This document shows positions 58,290-64,000 of a DNA stretch of 64,000 bases, piece by piece. This DNA comes from the human T2T-CHM13v2.0 reference genome, Homo sapiens: assembly GCF_009914755.1 (NCBI RefSeq), contig NC_060929.1, one strand, 5' to 3'. The position numbers and the translations under genes were made by a program. Below the pieces are notes generated by a model. That model was not told the origin of the DNA, did no database searches, and saw nothing but the letters and a program-made list of their open reading frames with translations. The stretch's first letter is position 1. Every line of letters starts with the position of its first letter.

Positions 58290-58860
58290 GAATGGTGCCA
58301 TCTAATAAAAATATAATGCCTATCAGAAAAGAGAACAGCAAATATATAATTTTAAATTTTCTAATGGTAACACTAAAATTACAAAAAGGAACAGGTAAAA
58401 TTAATTTTAATAATATGTTTTAACACAACATATATAAAAGATTATCATTTCAACGTGCAATCAATATAAAAATTCATTTTGCAGCCGGGCATAGTGGCTC
58501 ATGCCTGTAATCCCAGCACTTTGGGAGACTGAGACAGGAAGATCACTTGAGGTCAGGAGTTTGAGACCAGCCTGGCCAACATGGTGAAACCCCTTCTCTA
58601 CAAAAAATACAAAAAAAAAAAAAAAAAATTAGCTGCGTGTGGTGGCACACCTGTAATGCCAGCTACTCAGGATGCTAAGGCAGGAGAATCGCTTGAACCC
58701 AGGAGGCAGAGGTTGCAGTGGGCAGAGATCGCATCACTGCACTTCAGATTGGGCAACAGAGCAAGACTCCATCTCAACAATAAGAATAATAATAATAATT
58801 TTACCTTTTTTGGTACTTAGTCTTTAAAACTGTATTTTGCATTAAAACATTGGAATTTAG
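58290..58860. mobile_element. hAT-Charlie MITE (MER33/MER3-like) split by an Alu
   Basis: TCTAATAAAAATATAATGC...TAATTTTAAATTTTCTA...ATTATCATTTCAAC.TGCAATCAATATAAAAATT; resumes TTTTTTGGTACTTAGTCTT after the Alu. Confidence 0.6.
58483..58799 (+). mobile_element. AluS element
   Basis: Dimer with expanded middle A-tract and (AAT)n tail. Confidence 0.93.
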
Positions 58861-59224
58861 TTGCTAAATTTTCATTTAAAATACTTCATGTATTTAAATT
58901 GTATGCAATTTATAAAAAGTAGATTCATATACCTAGACTGTTCTAAACACACTTAGAAGTTTTCCTAAACTGAAAATGAATATTTAGATATAAATTCAAT
59001 TTAATGAAAATAAAATTTTAAATTAAAAAATTACTGGCTCTGAGGTGAGCTCTAAACTTTCAGTTAGCTAACACAGCAACACAACCAATATTAAGACTAA
59101 TAGTGTCTATGAGGAAAAATTAAACTAGTATCGTGGGAGACGCTCAATTATTCCTGGTACTAACAACTGAAATACATTTCTCTAGTAAATCATCATGGAG
59201 ATAATAGGAACACTGACAACATCT

Positions 59225-59590
59225 GCTATGGTCCAAATGCTGACGTCCCCCCAAAATTCACATGTTGAAACCTAATATTCAAATGTGATAGCATTAAGAA
59301 CTGGGGCCTTTGGGAAGTGATTAAGTCATGAGGACTCCACTCTCATGAATGGGATTAGTATCCTTATAAAAGAGACTTGAGGGAATTCCCTTGCCCCTTC
59401 TACCATGTGAGGTCACAGCAACAAGGCACCATTTACGAAGGAGACAGCTCTCACCAAATACTAAATCTGCTGGTGCCTTGGTCTTGGACTTCTCAGCCTC
59501 CAGAACTGTGAGCAATAAATTTCTATTGTTTACAAATTACCCAGTAAGGTATTTTAAAGGGTATCATAGCAAGCCTGAACAGACTAAGAT
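59225..59590 (+). mobile_element. MaLR solo LTR (MLT1A-like)
   Basis: TGCTATGGTCCAAATG...CCCCCAAAATTCACATGTTGAAACC...CAGCCTCCAGAACTGTGAGCAATAAATTTC...GACTAAGAT. Confidence 0.88.
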
Positions 59591-59842
59591 AACATCCTTC
59601 CTTATAGTAAGCATAGCAATGTGTTTCAATATATTTCTTACTATAACAAATATTCTGAAGACTTCAGACCAAAACACAAATTCACAGATACTAATTTATG
59701 CCCTCTGAAATAATGTTTTTGAGAAATGACTCAATACCTCCTCTGGGCACAAGTGCTATAACTCTATAAAGGTAAACATCTGGATTTCTAAAATGGAGAA
59801 TGCTAAAGTAGTTCCATCCTGAGTTAAGAATTCAGTTGTTCT

Positions 59843-60206
<364 letters not shown>

Positions 60207-60297
60207 CTAGTCCGAGTGTAAATACAATACACTGGAACTAAATTGTATTAAAACCCAATGAGATTTAGAACAAATCTATTTTTTCTCTTTCTTGCAG

Positions 60298-60364
60298 GTG
60301 CTCAGGGAAGTAAGGAAGTTTTATCTCTGGAATTGTGGTTGAAATGTGCTACAGAAATTTCAGG
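60298..60364 (+). pseudogene. Palladin/myopalladin-like exon A (post-Ig1 linker), 67 nt, phase 1 to 2; putative vestigial upstream exon of myotilin
   Basis: Acceptor TTTTTTCTCTTTCTTGCAG|GT, donor CAGG|GTAAGT; open frame (G)AQGSKEVLSLELWLKCATEIS(G) joins in phase to exon B. Peptide similarity alone is weak; support comes from splice sites and phase. Confidence 0.65.
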
Positions 60365-60775
60365 GTAAGTGCAGAATCTCATGTGGATGTGCATTTGTTG
60401 CGTGTGAATATAGTGAAAGTTCCACTTTAAAAAATACCAAAAAAAAAAAAAAAACCTAAGACTTTGCAGACAAACTTTTAAGTGATTATTTGCTTTATAG
60501 GTTATTTCTTCTAGACAACGTGTTTCATAACACACCCTGATTACCAGACTGAGACAAAAGAAATTTAAAGTGAAACAATTAGGAACCATAATCCACTAAT
60601 AATTGGTTAAAAAGGCAAAAAAAGTATTAAAATGATTATGCAAATGTAGAGAAATTTAAGAATTATAGGTAAAAATGTGTGCTACATTCAAATGTGTATA
60701 CAGTGAGGCATTTCTATCAAAGTCGCCTCTAATCTTTCTTTCACTTGACGGTGTTTGGTTTTGTTTCCCCCACAG

Positions 60776-60893
60776 GATAAAGAAGAAAACCACTAGAGTT
60801 TCTCTGACCATCAGCTCCCCAACGAATGAAACCTCCAACAACAGATCAAGTTACTCTAACTTAGTTCAACAACTGTATATTAATCCCTAGAGG
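60776..60893 (+). pseudogene. Palladin-like exon B, 118 nt, phase 2 to 0, with in-frame TAG
   Basis: Acceptor TTTTGTTTCCCCCACAG|G, donor AGG|GTAAGT; encodes IKKKTTRVSLTISSPTNETSNNRSSYSNLVQQLYINP*R. KKTTRVSLTISS resembles palladin QKKTTSVSLTIGSS (recalled). Confidence 0.8.
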
Positions 60894-61590
60894 GTAAGTT
60901 CAGTTTTAAGCCTTCTGAGAGGGTCTTAGTAATGGAGACATAGGCCCAAGAAAAAGGAGTCAATGCAGTTTTCTTAAGAAGTATACAAGAAGAAAGCCTC
61001 TAGCTGCATGAACTCAAAAGAACAAGAAAGAAATCCATAGGTTTCAGAAATAACTCCATGGTAGCTCTATGGCTTGGCCCTTTGTTTGTGTGCCAGATAA
61101 GGGACAGTTGGTTTCTAGGAACTTGTTCCCATAAGAGAATATTCCAACTATCCGAGGAATGAATTCCCTTTTAATTTAAAAAAAAAGCGGGGGAGGGAGA
61201 TGCTTTTTTGGAAATCTAAAAGATCCAAGAAGAGCAATTGTATGGAGGAAGAAAAAAAATTTAGTAAAATTTAAACTTTTTTTAAATGTTTAATATATAG
61301 TATCTAAATACTTGCCAATATGCATTTCCCAAATATAATTGCCCAGTGTTGTATTTCTCCATCTCAGCTAATGGAATGCTGAAGGATAAAGAAGCAAGTG
61401 TAGCACACTGGAGCAAATACCCAAACTGACACTGAAATTAGAAGCATCATGCTTTTCATAAAGGAAAGTTAAGGTGTGGTCAGTAGCAGCTAGAACTGAG
61501 CCCGTCAGTTTCTGGCAACCATGGACCTGAGTTTCAGGGCTTTGACAGTATGAGTGACAGCACCATGTTCTCTTTTATTCCTTAAACCAG

Positions 61591-61653
61591 ATGCAGAGTC
61601 CCTGCAGCAGCCTGTCAGGATCCACTTGTGTAGTACCCTCTGTGTTTACCAAG
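61591..61653 (+). pseudogene. Palladin/myopalladin-like exon C (start of Ig2), 63 nt, phase 0 to 0
   Basis: Acceptor TTCTCTTTTATTCCTTAAACCAG, donor AAG|GTAACC; encodes MQSPCSSLSGSTCVVPSVFTK, compare palladin VHSPTSYL...PPVFTK and myopalladin QSPTNYL...APVFTK (recalled). Confidence 0.8.
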
Positions 61654-62843
61654 GTAACCTCTCCATACTGCATGATGGAGTTTAGATTTTATAAGTAAGT
61701 TTTAGACATTAGTGAAGCGGTGAGAAGAAAAAAAGGGGAAATCAGAAAGGATTTCAGAGATTATTATCACGTTATATATGAGAAAAAATGAGGCTGAAAA
61801 GGGGTGAAATGATTTGCTCAGTGTCACAGAGCAATTCATGGTTTACCCTGTGCTCTTTAGACTTCTGCTCTGTGGCCGTCCTCCACCTCTGGAGGGCAAT
61901 GCTTAGACTGTCCCCTCCAAGGAGACTGCTTTGCCTGACCTCAAAATATAGTCAAATTCTCTTAACTAGCCATAAAATGCCATTCTGAAGAAGTCAACAA
62001 GCAAAGTAGTAACTAAGTCCTGATTAGGTCACAGCCAGGAATCACTATCTTCCCTCTCACCCACTGGAAATAGCACAATTCAATCACCCCGGTCAAACCA
62101 AAACTAGGGCTAAGCCTTCTCTGGGCTCTCTGTCTCCCAATTACCAAACCTGGCAGAATTGGAATCAATGCCCATTGCTGGCTCAAAGTATGAAATGCAG
62201 GGCAGGGATTTAATCTGTACCAGATACAGGATGGGAGACAAACAAAACAATGTCATTAAGAGTAAGTGACATTGCTATTGATTCTGGAAGCTTGTTTTCA
62301 ACAGATGCTGTCACGTACATGTCTGTTATTTCTACAAGTCTCTCCTGCTGCATTCCTTCCCTATAAGATGCCTGAGACCTCTGGGCATCAAGCCTGAGGG
62401 TTAGGCTGGTCCTTAGTCTAACCTGTAGAAAGACCTCAGATTCCCGCTCTCTGGTCTCACTGCCAAGTTATAATCTGAAATATCATTCTAGATTCCAGGG
62501 TACTCTGGGGTTGCAGGTAGAGGGAGGAGAAAGATCAGGATTTAAGGGGTAAATTTAACATAAATGCCATCCATTCATTTATACATTGTGATACTAAACT
62601 AGCTAAAAACACTTTTTATATATCTGTATAACTCTTACTCTTTACAGGAAGTTTTCAGACCTTTGTGAAATGAACCTCAAAACCCCACATATTTTGCTAG
62701 CCCTATTTCATAGACAAAGAACCTGAGTTCCAGAGAAGTTAATAGTCTTTTCCAAGTTCCTATAACCAGCTTCAATCAGCCAGTGGCAGAGTTAATATTT
62801 TGGCCCAAGTTCCCTAATTCAGGGCTCTTAAGAAATTACAACA

Positions 62844-63188
62844 TAGTACTCACTTCGTTATCCAGTTTCACTTTCTGTGGTTTCAATAACCCACGGTCAA
62901 CTGCAGTCTGAAAATAGATGAGTAGAGTATAATAAGATATTTTAAGAGAAAGAGAGAGAGAGAGAACACATTCACATAACTCTTATTACAGTATACTGGT
63001 ATAATTGTTCTATTTTATTAGTTATTGTTGTTAATCTCTTACTATGACTAATTTATAAATTAAACTTTATCATAGGTGTGTATTACAGGAAAAAACACAG
63101 TGTACACAGGTTTCAGTACTATCCATGGTCTCGGGCATCCACTGAGGGTCTTGGAATGTGTCCCCTGCAGATAAGGGGTGATTACTGT
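62844..63188. mobile_element. MER44-like Tigger MITE
   Basis: TTATCCAGTTTCACTTTCTGTGGTTTCAATAACCCACGGTCAACTGCAGTCTGAAAATAG...GATAAGGGGTGATTACTG with degenerate TIRs. Confidence 0.85.
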
Positions 63189-63557
63189 ACTGCCCATGCT
63201 ACTGTGACCAATAATAAAGACTAAATCTGTGACTAGATATGTACTCAACAAAATAAATATAACAACAGAAGGAGTGTTCAACCAATCTGTTTTCTAATTT
63301 GAATAAAATGGCTCTTGGCCAAGTGAAATAATAACTTTCTCATTAAATATAATTCTATGAAGATAAAAATAATTTACACCTGACTGTAAAGCACACTACA
63401 AAGCCCAAAAGAATGCCCGACAGCGCCTTAAGATACAGTCAGCTGTCAATAATTATGATTTAAAAAAAGATGCACTCTTACTGCAAATGGCATTTCAAAT
63501 CATTGTAGATGGTATAACAGTTTCTTCCATCCTCTGAACTCTGTGTTTGTTCTTCAG

Positions 63558-63699
63558 CATCTTCAAGACATCCCTACAACCAGAGGTCAGTTGGTCATGT
63601 TTGAATGCGGAATCCAGGCCACAGCCACAGTTCAAGTTCACTGGTACAGAGAGAACGTGCAGATAGCCAACTCAGATGACTTTCGGATTCTGAGGAAAA
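63558..63699 (+). pseudogene. Palladin/myopalladin-like exon D (N-terminal half of I-set Ig2 domain), 142 nt, phase 0 to 1
   Basis: Acceptor TGTGTTTGTTCTTCAG|CAT, donor AAAA|GTATCA; encodes HLQDIPTTRGQLVMFECGIQATATVQVHWYRENVQIANSDDFRILRK with I-set B-strand Cys and C-strand Trp. Aligns without gaps to recalled myopalladin Ig2 MLQNLSASEGQLVVFECRVKGAPSPKVEWYREGTLIEDSPDFRILQK. Confidence 0.88.
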
Positions 63700-64000
63700 G
63701 TATCATGATAAGCCTTTCAATTGTTTTTAATTCCAGTTAACCTTGAAGTCTACTTCCTGTTTTAAAGTTTAATTGCTGATTTTTTTTAAAGGCTTAAAGA
63801 TTTGTGCTGGTAAACAATTATTATCTCAAATCCAAATGATTTCTCAACAATAACCAACAAAGAAAACTGTTTTGATGAAAGAGTAATTTTCATAGCTGTG
63901 AAAAGATTGGTTTATCATCATAAATTAATCTTATTTTCATAATGAGTTCTTGACATATAAACAAAAAGAAATATGAGAATAAACATATTTCTTAAAGGGT

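Noticed and set aside
60675-60890. ORF-track entries 60675-60890 and 63543-63740 as stand-alone small proteins
   Set aside because: Only the parts inside the splice boundaries resemble palladin/myopalladin; the flanks are intronic read-through.

Overview
AT-rich, repeat-dense primate (most likely human) genomic DNA with about 25 Alu elements plus L1, L2/MIR, LTR and DNA-transposon fossils. The one recognisable gene is the neuropeptide Y receptor Y6 gene NPY6R (+ strand, 12633-13744). It carries the known 1-bp deletion at the end of TM6, which truncates the ORF to 290 aa and places the window at 5q31, upstream of myotilin (MYOT). The most striking signal is at the 3' end. Four + strand segments with canonical AG/GT splice sites (60298-60364, 60776-60893, 61591-61653, 63558-63699) join in one reading frame. 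They encode the Ig1-Ig2 linker and the first half of Ig2 of the palladin/myopalladin family, the N-terminal region that canonical myotilin lacks. One in-frame TAG interrupts the chain, and more degraded candidate Ig1 remnants lie at about 51-52 kb. I interpret this as the fossil, or possibly partly still used, 5' half of a long palladin-like myotilin gene. Protein and repeat comparisons are from recalled sequences with no search run; repeat subfamily names and many repeat boundaries are approximate.
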